Assembly (NCBI GenBank): GCA_045613545.1 | Contig: JAZLBD010000001.1 | Coordinates: 27,332 to 91,331 of the forward strand | From: Christensenellaceae bacterium | GTDB taxonomy: Bacteria; Bacillota; Clostridia; Christensenellales; Borkfalkiaceae | DNA: 64,000 nt | Reading direction: 5' to 3' | Part shown: in pieces, positions 1 through 8,909 of the stretch | Layout of the letters: each line of letters begins with the position of its first letter | Numbering within the stretch: the first letter of the stretch is position 1 | The notes under the pieces: generated by a model | What the model was told of the DNA's origin: nothing | Database searches by the model: none | Seen by the model: only the letters and a program-made list of their open reading frames with translations | Position numbers and translations under genes: made by a program

Positions 1-3000
1 GAATGTTACCATTATTATCGTAAGAGAACAAAACGGTTTTATTCATTACCTTGTTATCTTCACGGATAAGGCGATTAAGTGCATCGTATTGATAACGCAT
101 TGCAAGTTCACCGTTTTCATATACCTTTTCGATATTACCCATTACATCGTAAGCATATCTCAAGCTATCCACAAGCGCAAAGTTTTCACCATGCTTGTTG
201 CCAAAACGAATCGTTGCAGGCATATTCGTTGCATGGTCTCCCACCTTATGATATACAATACTTTCTTCGGCAATCTTATCAGTGCCAATGCAAATTGCTT
301 TACCCTTATTTCTACCTATAACGTCAAGTTTCGGTTTTACAGTACTACCGTTAACGGTAATAGTTTCCAACGCCTGCGTAGAATCGGTTTTATAACTGTA
401 AGTATATTCTTGCGGAACTGTACCTACAATCGTTTTCTTTGCAAGTTTCCCCGCAGAATTATAAGCATACGCTTCTCCATAACCGCTGGAAATTTGCACA
501 TCGCTACTATCTACTTCGTAAACTGCCGTTACGTTATCAAGCTCATCACGTTCAAACTTATAGTTTTTACCCGTAACTTTATCTTTTAACGTGTCAAGTT
601 GACCTTTCTTATCATAAACGTTTTCAAGTTGAACAACGTTATTTGCCGTCAATTTTAGCAAATTACCCTTACCGTCTTTTTCGCTTACAAATACGTCACC
701 TGCTTTATACGTTGCATTTATGGTTTCCTTCGCTACAGCGCCGTAACTATCCTGCGTTTCCGCATAACTGTATTGAACATAATCCACAACACCGTTAAGT
801 TCAACTGCTTTCAGTTTACGCTTATGGTTATACGCATATTTCACGTTATTATTACCGCTCTTGAGTTCAACGACTGCACCATAACGATATACTTTTTGCG
901 TGCTGTTTTCTTCGCCGTCTTCCGTGCTTTGCGAAATTGCCGTAACCGTATCGTCGTAATCTCTTCCGTAAGCAAATTTACTACCGTTGGGGAGGATTTC
1001 TTCTCGAACAGTGCTCGTTCCGTCTACATAACCGAATTTCTTCTTATTTTCGCCCGTTTCGTCTATTTCGGCAAGAACTTTACCATTGTCATCATATTCC
1101 GTTTCGGTATAGAACTTGCTACTCGTATCCAAAGAATTATACGTATACGATTTGATTACGTTTCCCTTATCGTCGTAAACGCTTTCTTCTATCGTTTTAC
1201 CCGTCGTATATTCCTCGCCTTCCACATAGCTTTCCGTTCTGATTACGTCGCCGTATGCGTTATAATTGTATTTCTTATACGAAACAATTGGATCTGCAAG
1301 ATTGCTGTACGTAACTTCCGCTCTTTCTTGGATAAGCTTTTGATTATCGTCGTACGTATAGTCCACCACCGTCGTTTGCGTAGTTTGTTGTTCTACGCCG
1401 CTTGTATCTAACCATTCGGAAATCAAAATTTCGCTTGTCGTTTTACTTACAGGATTGTTAAATTGGTCGATAACCGTTGTTTCCATATCTCCGCTTTCAA
1501 ATACATACGAATCCAATGCGGTTTTATAAAGCGAAGAACAAGCCGCTCTAATAACGACTTCTTTCGGGTCGATTTGCTGTTCGCTACCAATCCAATAAGG
1601 GTTATGCGTATATTGTTCTGCCGTGCAGACAAGATATTGATTACTTGCCACGTCAAAATCCGCTTTGCGATAGCCTGTACAGTTACCGCTTTCATCGAAA
1701 TAATATCTTTCAGCCACAAGATTTTCCGTTACGGTCGTAGAAGTAATCGGATAGCTGCTATAAGGGGTATAGGAAATATTCGCTTGAGAAATAAAGTTAT
1801 TCCCCGTCGTTTGCCCATCTACGGCAATATTATCTACCGTTGAATAGTGAGAAATTTGTGTAGGACGATTGTAGGAATAATTAATATTCGTCAACAAGCC
1901 GTTTTTCGTTTCTTCCAACGAATAAATATTATTTCCAGAGTAGTTAATCGTAAGGTTTTCTCCCGTATCATATGCAATATTCGTTACGACATTGCTACTG
2001 TTATAAGTAAAACAAGTTTTTCTGCCTCTCGTGTCGATAATTGCCGTCAACTGATTTTGTTCGTTATAACTGAACACAACCTGTTTTTCGGTGTTATCAT
2101 ATACACGAGCAATACGACTCTTATCCTCGGTTCCTTCGTAATAACTTTCATATTCGATAACCGTATAATTTTCGTATCTATCATATAAAGCAACAAATTT
2201 GCCCTTGGCATTAAATCCTTTGATGTATTGCCCGTCGGTTAAGAAATTTACAGCCAATTGAAGTTGCATCTTTTTATATTGTTTTTCAATAGACAAATAC
2301 TCCACGACCATTTTTTGGAATTGGTCCAAATAATAGTCCTTTTTCTCGCAAATGAGCTCCATTTGCGAATTATAATGCTCAACTTGTTTACCGTTTTCAG
2401 TTTGTATATTAGCAATATTCGCACATTGGTCTTGCAAAATATATTTTTGATCCGTTAATTCATTGTACTGATTTTCAATTTCCGTCTTTTTTACCATAAG
2501 ATAATCTTTCTGTTTTTTCAAATCAGTTCTTTGTGCACCAATTTTACCCTCAAGGCTTGAAAAATAGGTTCTTGAATATCCCTGTTGATGGTCACTATCG
2601 CTAGCCGCACTATTATAATACGTTTCTTGAATATCAAGAATTGATTTTTGAGTTTCCATAGCCAATTCTTGGTCATCAAGATACCCCAATTCGTCTAAAC
2701 AAAGACCATTTTTATTCGCAATTGAAGTTAATTGTAGGTCAATCGAACGTTCCTCCTGAGAATACGAAGTATTTTGATACCCTAAAACACGTACTTGCAA
2801 TAACGCTGAAATATAATTCATTGCTTCACTTACAGGCAAAATCATTTCACTTTTAGCTAAGCCAGCTTTAAATTCTTCACAACTATAAGCACTCAATTCA
2901 TGGTTAGAAAACTGGTCAACGATAGTTCCCGTATTCGTATTAAACCTAACAAATTCTTTTAAACCGTACTCATATTCCTTAAAAGCATTTTTAACTTTTT

Positions 3001-4846
3001 TGTATTCATCTGTTCTGTGTTCGAAATAATCTACGTTTTTAACGCCCTCAAGCTCCGTCATTGCTTTTAAGCCCGCCGTAGACTTATATTCGCAAGTTAC
3101 AGGATACGTTTGATTGCTCTGGGTATACGTCATTCTTCCTTCTGCGTCTACAACAATCAAACTCTTATCTGCAATGTATTTTTTAGTTCCCGAATTGTTG
3201 ATATAATAGTAATAATCATGAAAACCGTGCTTGTCCCCACTAGCGTCGGTGTAAATATAGTCCCCATCGGCATATTTTACAAGCGTTTCATTCAAATTCA
3301 ATCTAAAATTGCCACCCAACAAATAATTGTCGGCATTTCTCTTATGAATATGATAAATCCCCATACCCATAACTGAATTTTCCGGTTTAACGTCGCAAAT
3401 CGACGTTACCATACTACCCGTTGCAAGATTAACTTCACCCGTTGCAATGCCTGCAAGCGTAAACGTTTTCTTTGTCGGACGAACGTTTTCATTCGTCAAA
3501 TACTCAATTTCAATCACGGGCAGAGTATTAGTCATTGAAAATTCTATTTCGTAATTATTATATTGATAAGGCGTTAAGTAGACAATAAAATCCCCTGCGC
3601 TTGCTTTAAATTGCGAAGTAATATCCAACTGCACTTCATCATCCGCAGACGCGTGATACGATTTATTGTCACAATAAAAATATCCACTGCTCTTTACTGT
3701 TTTTAGAATTAATTTCACATTGGAAATAGAAGCTTCCATCAAATTGATTAAGCTCTTTTTGATTGTAAGATCCGTTTTATATTCATACGAAGAAGTTCTT
3801 GAGACTCGGATATTACTATAACTATTATTAGTATACCAAGGACCATAGTTAATTCCCGAACCATAACTCGAATAGATGTCTCTATAATACGTTTGCTTGG
3901 TAACAAGATTGTTTTGACTCGTCACAACTTGTGGGTCAATCATAACGGGGAACGCTCTATCGGCAGCATTCACCCATTCTTCGTTCGCAACGACAGCAAA
4001 CATAAACTTTCCGTCTTCAGACGGCTCCAACTCATAATAAACGTCGTCGCTCGCAACGCCGTTTGCATCGTACATATAAGGACTGGGAATGGTGAACTCT
4101 ACCTTTTGTTCTACCGTTCCGTCTTCTTTTTCCTTTTCGGTATAAAGTTCCAAGCTTTCGTTATCATCCGAAAGACGAAGTTTCAACCCTTCCGTTTTCA
4201 ATGCGAAAAGGTATCTATAATCCGCAGATTTTTCTTTAACGATAATATTTTCTTTAAGGTTATTCCCCAGCAAGCAATATTCAAGGTCGGTATCCTTCTC
4301 AATATTTTCGTAAACAGCCGAACTATTGATATGTTTTGCTACGCTTTGCGTACCGTTATTTACCTTCAAAACCGTTTCTGCTACGTCTTCAACGTTTTTA
4401 TTGGCAACAGAAGCAACCTGTTTTCCAAGATACTCCCAAGAAAGTTGCTTGTCCGATTTAGAAATTGCAACTTTTTTACCTTTATGTACTTTGGAAATTC
4501 GGGTTTTAAACTTACCGCTTTTAGTTTCAAACGCATCCTCTTTTTCCTCCAAAGAATTATCGATATGCTTCCATTTCTTTTCTTCTTCGTCAAAGAAGCT
4601 CACCGATTCCGCATTAAACACAGACTTAACCGTGCCGTTATTTAAAACGTAGTGTCGAGAGTTTTCATCTGTTCGCGTTTCGTCCTCATGCAATACAGCA
4701 GGGTCATCCCATTGTTCATGTTCCTCTTGCGGAACTTCTGCACCCACTTGTGCCTCAACAGCCAGTTTATACGCCTGTTGTTCTTCCAAAGCAGCGTTTT
4801 CCGCCGTTTGCTCATCGTTCGCATTTTTTAATTTGATAATTCCCAT
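1..4846 (-). CDS. RHS/YD-repeat family protein (polymorphic-toxin type), N-terminal ~1615 codons; the C-terminal (toxin) end lies beyond the window start
   Basis: I translated the minus strand by hand from ATG at 4846-4844, with AGGAGG about 10 nt upstream: MGIIKLKNANDEQTAENAALEEQQAYKLAVEAQVGAEVPQEEHEQWDD... The three minus-strand ORFs listed in 1-4846 are all in another frame, so I infer this frame stays open to position 2; I translated only spot segments. Spot checks: 3478-> PTKKTFTLAGIATGEVNLA (DUF6531-like), 1378-> QTTVVDYTYDDNQKLIQER, 1198-> KTIEESVYDDKGNVIKSYT, 58-> DNKVMNKTVLFSYDNNGNI (YD repeats). It is absent from the ORF track because it has no in-window stop. Confidence 0.85.
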   Translation of the reverse strand, partial: MGIIKLKNANDEQTAENAALEEQQAYKLAVEAQVGAEVPQEEHEQWDDPAVLHEDETRTDENSRHYVLNNGTVKSVFNAESVSFFDEEEKKWKHIDNSLEEKEDAFETKSGKFKTRISKVHKGKKVAISKSDKQLSWEYLGKQVASVANKNVEDVAETVLKVNNGTQSVAKHINSSAVYENIEKDTDLEYCLLGNNLKENIIVKEKSADYRYLFALKTEGLKLRLSDDNESLELYTEKEKEDGTVEQKVEFTIPSPYMYDANGVASDDVYYELEPSEDGKFMFAVVANEEWVNAADRAFPVMIDPQVVTSQNNLVTKQTYYRDIYSSYGSGINYGPWYTNNSYSNIRVSRTSSYEYKTDLTIKKSLINLMEASISNVKLILKTVKSSGYFYCDNKSYHASADDEVQLDITSQFKASAGDFIVYLTPYQYNNYEIEFSMTNTLPVIEIEYLTNENVRPTKKTFTLAGIATGEVNLATGSMVTSICDVKPENSVMGMGIYHIHKRNADNYLLGGNFRLNLNETLVKYADGDYIYTDASGDKHGFHDYYYYINNSGTKKYIADKSLIVVDAEGRMTYTQSNQTYPVTCEYKSTAGLKAMTELEGVKNVDYFEHRTDEYKKVKNAFKEYEYGLKEFVRFNTNTGTIVDQFSNHELSAYSCEEFKAGLAKSEMILPVSEAMNYISALLQVRVLGYQNTSYSQEERSIDLQLTSIANKNGLCLDELGYLDDQELAMETQKSILDIQETYYNSAASDSDHQQGYSRTYFSSLEGKIGAQRTDLKKQKDYLMVKKTEIENQYNELTDQKYILQDQCANIANIQTENGKQVEHYNSQMELICEKKDYYLDQFQKMVVEYLSIEKQYKKMQLQLAVNFLTDGQYIKGFNAKGKFVALYDRYENYTVIEYESYYEGTEDKSRIARVYDNTEKQVVFSYNEQNQLTAIIDTRGRKTCFTYNSSNVVTNIAYDTGENLTINYSGNNIYSLEETKNGLLTNINYSYNRPTQISHYSTVDNIAVDGQTTGNNFISQANISYTPYSSYPITSTTVTENLVAERYYFDESGNCTGYRKADFDVASNQYLVCTAEQYTHNPYWIGSEQQIDPKEVVIRAACSSLYKTALDSYVFESGDMETTVIDQFNNPVSKTTSEILISEWLDTSGVEQQTTQTTVVDYTYDDNQKLIQERAEVTYSNLADPIVSYKKYNYNAYGDVIRTESYVEGEEYTTGKTIEESVYDDKGNVIKSYTYNSLDTSSKFYTETEYDDNGKVLAEIDETGENKKKFGYVDGTSTVREEILPNGSKFAYGRDYDDTVTAISQSTEDGEENSTQKVYRYGAVVELKSGNNNVKYAYNHKRKLKAVELNGVVDYVQYSYAETQDSYGAVAKETINATYKAGDVFVSEKDGKGNLLKLTANNVVQLENVYDKKGQLDTLKDKVTGKNYKFERDELDNVTAVYEVDSSDVQISSGYGEAYAYNSAGKLAKKTIVGTVPQEYTYSYKTDSTQALETITVNGSTVKPKLDVIGRNKGKAICIGTDKIAEESIVYHKVGDHATNMPATIRFGNKHGENFALVDSLRYAYDVMGNIEKVYENGELAMRYQYDALNRLIREDNKVMNKTVLFSYDNNGNI

Positions 4847-4887
4847 TGTTTTTAATCCTCCTGATTTTGTTTTTCTATATGGCAATT

Positions 4888-5445
4888 TTAATTTTCTAAA
4901 GTCATCGCAAAAATATGCGTAAACATATTATCTGGCAAAACTATTTCTTTTATAATTTTCCTTTGCATAATCTCACAGTTGATATGATGGAAATGGACAA
5001 GATGTGTAGAAGCTCCAGACGTTATAACCGTTCTTACTGTAGACGTGTTTTTCCCATACCAATCGGTATTTTTCTGATCACTATACGGCATATGCGACCA
5101 ATCTATAAACGGAACCCTAATGATTTCCTCGCTTAAATCATCATATACGATTTTGAAATATTCGTTGGTGTCGCCCCAATATGCAAATCCGATGAGATGC
5201 AATTTTGTAGCAAGATCGTTTATCGCTATTTTTTGCCTATCACATACAACGTTATCAAACTGTCCAAAATTAAAGCAAAACTCTACGTCTTCCAAAACGT
5301 CTTGTTCCTTCAATTTTACGTCCGATTTCAAAATACAAATGTTATCAAGCCCAAACTCTTTTCCTTCAATTTCTTTCGGCAACTGTCTATAAACCATTTT
5401 GTGGTTGTAATGCTCTTTAAGATTTATTGGAATAAAACGGCTCAT
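4888..5445 (-). CDS. hypothetical 185-aa protein, translationally coupled to the upstream gene and immediately preceding the RHS gene
   Basis: ATG at 5445 overlaps the TGA of the upstream ORF (ATGA at 5442-5445). There is no TM segment or signal peptide, and I recognise no family (MSRFIPINLKEHYNHKMVY...IFAMTLEN). Confidence 0.55.
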   Translation of the reverse strand: MSRFIPINLKEHYNHKMVYRQLPKEIEGKEFGLDNICILKSDVKLKEQDVLEDVEFCFNFGQFDNVVCDRQKIAINDLATKLHLIGFAYWGDTNEYFKIVYDDLSEEIIRVPFIDWSHMPYSDQKNTDWYGKNTSTVRTVITSGASTHLVHFHHINCEIMQRKIIKEIVLPDNMFTHIFAMTLEN

Positions 5446-6383
5446 TTTTCCTTTCGCACCTCCAAAAGAAAATCGTAAACAACCTTTTCAAGTTCTTCTA
5501 TTTCTTCTAACTTCCTTAAAACGCTATCCAAACGTTTCGTTATATAATCGTAATTATTCTGCGCTTTAACCTTCCAGAAAAGCGATAAAATGTTTGAATA
5601 TCCGCTTACCAAAGACATTATCGACTCTTGTTTTTGTTGGTTTGTGAGGAAAAATTTAGTCTTTGCCAAAGTGTAATAAAAAGTTTTCAAATCGTTTAAA
5701 TAACTCGTTATTTTTTCAATATTTTCACGTGCAGCATCTAAATCATAAGAAACTATTCTGCGCAATTCGTTTAAGTTTTTCAACGAGTTTTCACGGTTAT
5801 CGTTAATTTTTTCTTCGTCAATATATTTCCAAATATCAAACGTACCAACGTTCTTCTTTTTCTTAAGAATATAACAAGAACGTTTCCGATTCAAAATGCC
5901 CTTTCTAAACATCGCATTTGCCAACAATAAATTATCCAGAGAAATAATTTTTTCTTGATACTCATAACTGTTTCGATATTCATGGTCAACTACGTTAGCT
6001 TCCTTATTTTCAACGTCATAACCATACGCCAAAATAAAATGTGGAACATGCTGAATTTGATAAGTTTCTGGACGACTTTCCAAATAATAACAATCCACGC
6101 CCATAATAACAGGATACCCTTTATCAATACAACGAATCAATTTCGCTCTATTAACATTGCAGTGCTCCCTTTTATAACCCAAAAGTTTTTCCAATTTTTC
6201 TTCATATAAGAAACCTTCTTTACCTGCATTAAAATTATTTTGAATTAACGTGAACGCATTGAGCAGAATAGCATCCCTGTCAACTCCAAAGCACGCAATT
6301 CCCGCCATTAATTGATGGTAATAACAACTCTTAAAAAAGAAGTCGTTAAACGGTCTAACCCCAATCATTTTATTCTTTTTCAT
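5442..6383 (-). CDS. BtrH-like papain-fold (Cys/His) protein with a helical C-terminal half; putative carrier-protein-dependent acyltransferase or peptidase
   Basis: N-terminal Cys in FKSCYYHQLMAGIACFG, then GYPVIMGVDCYYLESRPETYQIQHVPHFILAYGYDVENKEANVVDH. This matches my memory of the BtrH_N (PF14399) pattern. GGAGG lies 9 nt before ATG 6383. Confidence 0.5.
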   Translation of the reverse strand: MKKNKMIGVRPFNDFFFKSCYYHQLMAGIACFGVDRDAILLNAFTLIQNNFNAGKEGFLYEEKLEKLLGYKREHCNVNRAKLIRCIDKGYPVIMGVDCYYLESRPETYQIQHVPHFILAYGYDVENKEANVVDHEYRNSYEYQEKIISLDNLLLANAMFRKGILNRKRSCYILKKKKNVGTFDIWKYIDEEKINDNRENSLKNLNELRRIVSYDLDAARENIEKITSYLNDLKTFYYTLAKTKFFLTNQQKQESIMSLVSGYSNILSLFWKVKAQNNYDYITKRLDSVLRKLEEIEELEKVVYDFLLEVRKEK

Positions 6384-6606
6384 TTACTTTTTCCTCCACG
6401 TTATTCGCTATATCCCCCACGGTTTTCCAATCGAAAACGCCAAGTTCGTCAAGTTCAAATTCTATTCCGAACTCTTCTTCCAATTCCACAACAATACTCA
6501 CAAACGTCAAGCTGTCCAAACTTAATAATTTTAGTTCACTATCTAACGTTACTTCTTCGTCTATTGCACAGGCATTCCTAATTATTTCTACAACTCTATC
6601 TTTCAT
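6370..6606 (-). CDS. acyl/peptidyl carrier protein (second copy)
   Basis: 78 aa and acidic, with the phosphopantetheine-site motif LSLDSLTFVSIVVELEEEFGIEF. ATGA overlap with the adenylase stop (6603-6606). Confidence 0.8.
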   Translation of the reverse strand: MKDRVVEIIRNACAIDEEVTLDSELKLLSLDSLTFVSIVVELEEEFGIEFELDELGVFDWKTVGDIANNVEEKVNEKE

Positions 6607-7859
6607 ATTCGCAACTTCTTTCCGCTCGCAGTTCGAGCCAGTTCCTCCACTTTTTCTATTTTGCTTGGTACAATATTAGGATTTAATCTTCCAACGAGTT
6701 GTTTACGAAACTCCTTAATTTCTAAATCGCCAATATATTTCATACAAATTACCGTACCCGCGTCCGTAAATTCCCCAAAAACCAAGCAATCGATTATTCC
6801 GAAAATTTCCTTAACGACATTTTCAATCTCTTCAGGATACACGTTTATCCCTGCTTTTATCAGCATCCCGTCTTTCCTGCCGTCGATATAAAGATACCCA
6901 TCTTTATCAAAATGCGCAGAATCCCCGGTACGCAGCCAACCCTCTTGAATCTTTTCTTGCGTATTTACTGTATCCAGATAATACCCTTTCATTACGCTCG
7001 CCGACCGAACCCAAAGTTCTCCTTCTACTATTTTTAATTCTACGCTGCCTATGGCTTTTCCCACACTTCCCAATTTTTTCGCAAAATCATCAGGCAATAA
7101 TGCGCTTACGCGCGGACTGTGTTCCGTTAAACCATAAACGTTATAAAACTTTGTATTAGGAAATGCCTTAGCTACATTTTCGCTTGTACGGCGGGTTAAA
7201 ACCTCCCCGCTTAATACCCCAACTTTAATAGGGAACGCTTTATCCTTAGCTATAATCGCCAACGTTTGATATAAGGTCGGCGTGGCGCAAAACACGTCTA
7301 TATCCTTTTGCTGAAAAAAGGTTAAAAGTCGCTGTGGCATAAATGCTTCTTCGTAAAAATATATCGTCAACCCACAACATAAGGCATACAATATTTCCCC
7401 AGTTAAGACTGCAATGTGGACAAGCGGACGTGCAACACAAATCGTTTTTAAACCTTGCAAATCAAAATACGTTTCGATGTATTGCAGATTTGAAATAATG
7501 TTCTCGTGCGTCAACATTACGCCCTTGGGTTTTCCCGTCGTACCACTTGTAAACATTAAAAAAGCCAAATCTTCGCTCGGCGCCTGCGGAGAATTAAAAA
7601 CTACGTTTTGAATATACTCGTAATTCTTTTTCCCATATTCTTTCGTTATAGGAACCGCAACGTTACCGCCTGCAATACAAGTCAATATAGAAAGAGCTTG
7701 TCTCTCACGTGTTTCGCCTTCGCATAACACAAAGCGTCTTTCTTGTTTAACCGTCTCCGAAAGATTGAGCAAATCCTTATAAGTCAATCCACTATTGGCA
7801 AATGCTATTCTATCCGCGTACCGTTCCATTTTTGACTTTAGGTATTCCCAGAGTGTCAT
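6603..7859 (-). CDS. stand-alone class I adenylate-forming enzyme (AMP-binding family), short 418-aa form
   Basis: Core motifs LMFTSGTTGKPKGVMLTHENI, YGLTE, GWLRTGDSAHFDKDGYLYIDGRKDGMLIKAGINVYPEEIE and C-terminal SGKKLR. ATGA overlaps at both ends. Confidence 0.9.
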   Translation of the reverse strand: MTLWEYLKSKMERYADRIAFANSGLTYKDLLNLSETVKQERRFVLCEGETRERQALSILTCIAGGNVAVPITKEYGKKNYEYIQNVVFNSPQAPSEDLAFLMFTSGTTGKPKGVMLTHENIISNLQYIETYFDLQGLKTICVARPLVHIAVLTGEILYALCCGLTIYFYEEAFMPQRLLTFFQQKDIDVFCATPTLYQTLAIIAKDKAFPIKVGVLSGEVLTRRTSENVAKAFPNTKFYNVYGLTEHSPRVSALLPDDFAKKLGSVGKAIGSVELKIVEGELWVRSASVMKGYYLDTVNTQEKIQEGWLRTGDSAHFDKDGYLYIDGRKDGMLIKAGINVYPEEIENVVKEIFGIIDCLVFGEFTDAGTVICMKYIGDLEIKEFRKQLVGRLNPNIVPSKIEKVEELARTASGKKLRI

Positions 7860-8089
7860 AAGTATTTCTCCGTTAACGATATAAGACTTGACAGGGTTTG
7901 TAAATTTTCCGGTTGCAAATCGTCGTCCAAAAACGCTACGCTGAAGGCTTCTTCTATGGATACGACAAGCGTAACCAACGATAAACTATCCACGCCGCTT
8001 TCCATTAAAGGCTCGTCTTCTTCTAAATACGCGCCTATCGTTTCTTCTGCTATCTTTACGATTTTTTCTTTGATTTCTTCTCTATTCAC
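7856..8089 (-). CDS. acyl/peptidyl carrier protein (first copy)
   Basis: 77 aa with motif ESGVDSLSLVTLVVSIEEAF. GTG start at 8089 preceded by AGGAG at 9 nt. Confidence 0.75.
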   Translation of the reverse strand: MNREEIKEKIVKIAEETIGAYLEEDEPLMESGVDSLSLVTLVVSIEEAFSVAFLDDDLQPENLQTLSSLISLTEKYL

Positions 8090-8909
8090 CTTTTAACGCT
8101 CCTGAAATTTTTCGTTCAATATCAATGATATAAACGATTTTTTGATACAAATCGCTATAAGCTTTGACCTTATCCACTTCTTCCTTTTTGATTTCTTTCA
8201 ATCTTCGAAGGTGTACGTCAAAATAAATTTTATCCATATAAGTGATTTCTTCACGCAATAGCGCTTTCACTTTCGCATTTACGCTATAATATTGCTCCAA
8301 ACGTTTTCTGGATACTCTCAAAACGCCAATCGCCGATTCCAACGCACCTAGGCTATTCGGCAATTCTTGTACGTCAAAATCTTGCATCGTATATTGCAAC
8401 GTCGCATAATCAGGCAAAGTCATCGTTCTATCTTCCATCCTGTAAATGCAAACGGCGCCGTCGTATACTTCCATAAACCTTTCTTCGGTAAAAGTCCCCT
8501 CAGAAAGTGGATATTGATTAATCCATTCCAAATTTCGATTTACGCAAATATAGTGGTCTTCACGCCAAGAAGAGCGCTTATAGTCCGTAAAAAAGGCGGT
8601 ATTTACGCGAATTAAATACAAATCGTCATCCGCTTGGTTTCTCAACAGTTCTAACGCCTCTTTAGCGGAACAAGCACGATATTCGTGTCTTACTACACCG
8701 TATTCTTCCGCAATATCTTGCAATCTCGGTAAATAGCAATAGTTTTGATACATAGCCCCGTGTGAAAAATCATCAAACGCTTGTTTCAAACTGATAAATG
8801 AATTTCCGTATAAATTAGAAACATCGTAATATCGATTTAACCAAGCGAGAAAATAACTCTCCACACAAGACAACGCCAACGCTTCGGATATTTCTTTTTT
8901 ATTAATCAT
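8082..8909 (-). CDS. divergent BtrH-like Cys/His protein (second paralogue-like member)
   Basis: N-terminal Cys in ALSCVESYFLAWL, later LYLIRVNTAFFTDYKRSSWREDHYICVNRN, and a helical C-terminal half like the 313-aa neighbour. The similarity is weaker, so confidence is lower. Confidence 0.35.
   Translation of the reverse strand: MINKKEISEALALSCVESYFLAWLNRYYDVSNLYGNSFISLKQAFDDFSHGAMYQNYCYLPRLQDIAEEYGVVRHEYRACSAKEALELLRNQADDDLYLIRVNTAFFTDYKRSSWREDHYICVNRNLEWINQYPLSEGTFTEERFMEVYDGAVCIYRMEDRTMTLPDYATLQYTMQDFDVQELPNSLGALESAIGVLRVSRKRLEQYYSVNAKVKALLREEITYMDKIYFDVHLRRLKEIKKEEVDKVKAYSDLYQKIVYIIDIERKISGALKGE

Noticed and set aside
79-4652. Series of plus-strand ORFs (e.g. 773-1411, 3893-4645) offered by the track in the first 4.8 kb
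   Set aside because: All lie antisense to the continuous RHS reading frame. Their products are I/F/V/R-rich nonsense, whereas the minus frame yields canonical YD repeats.
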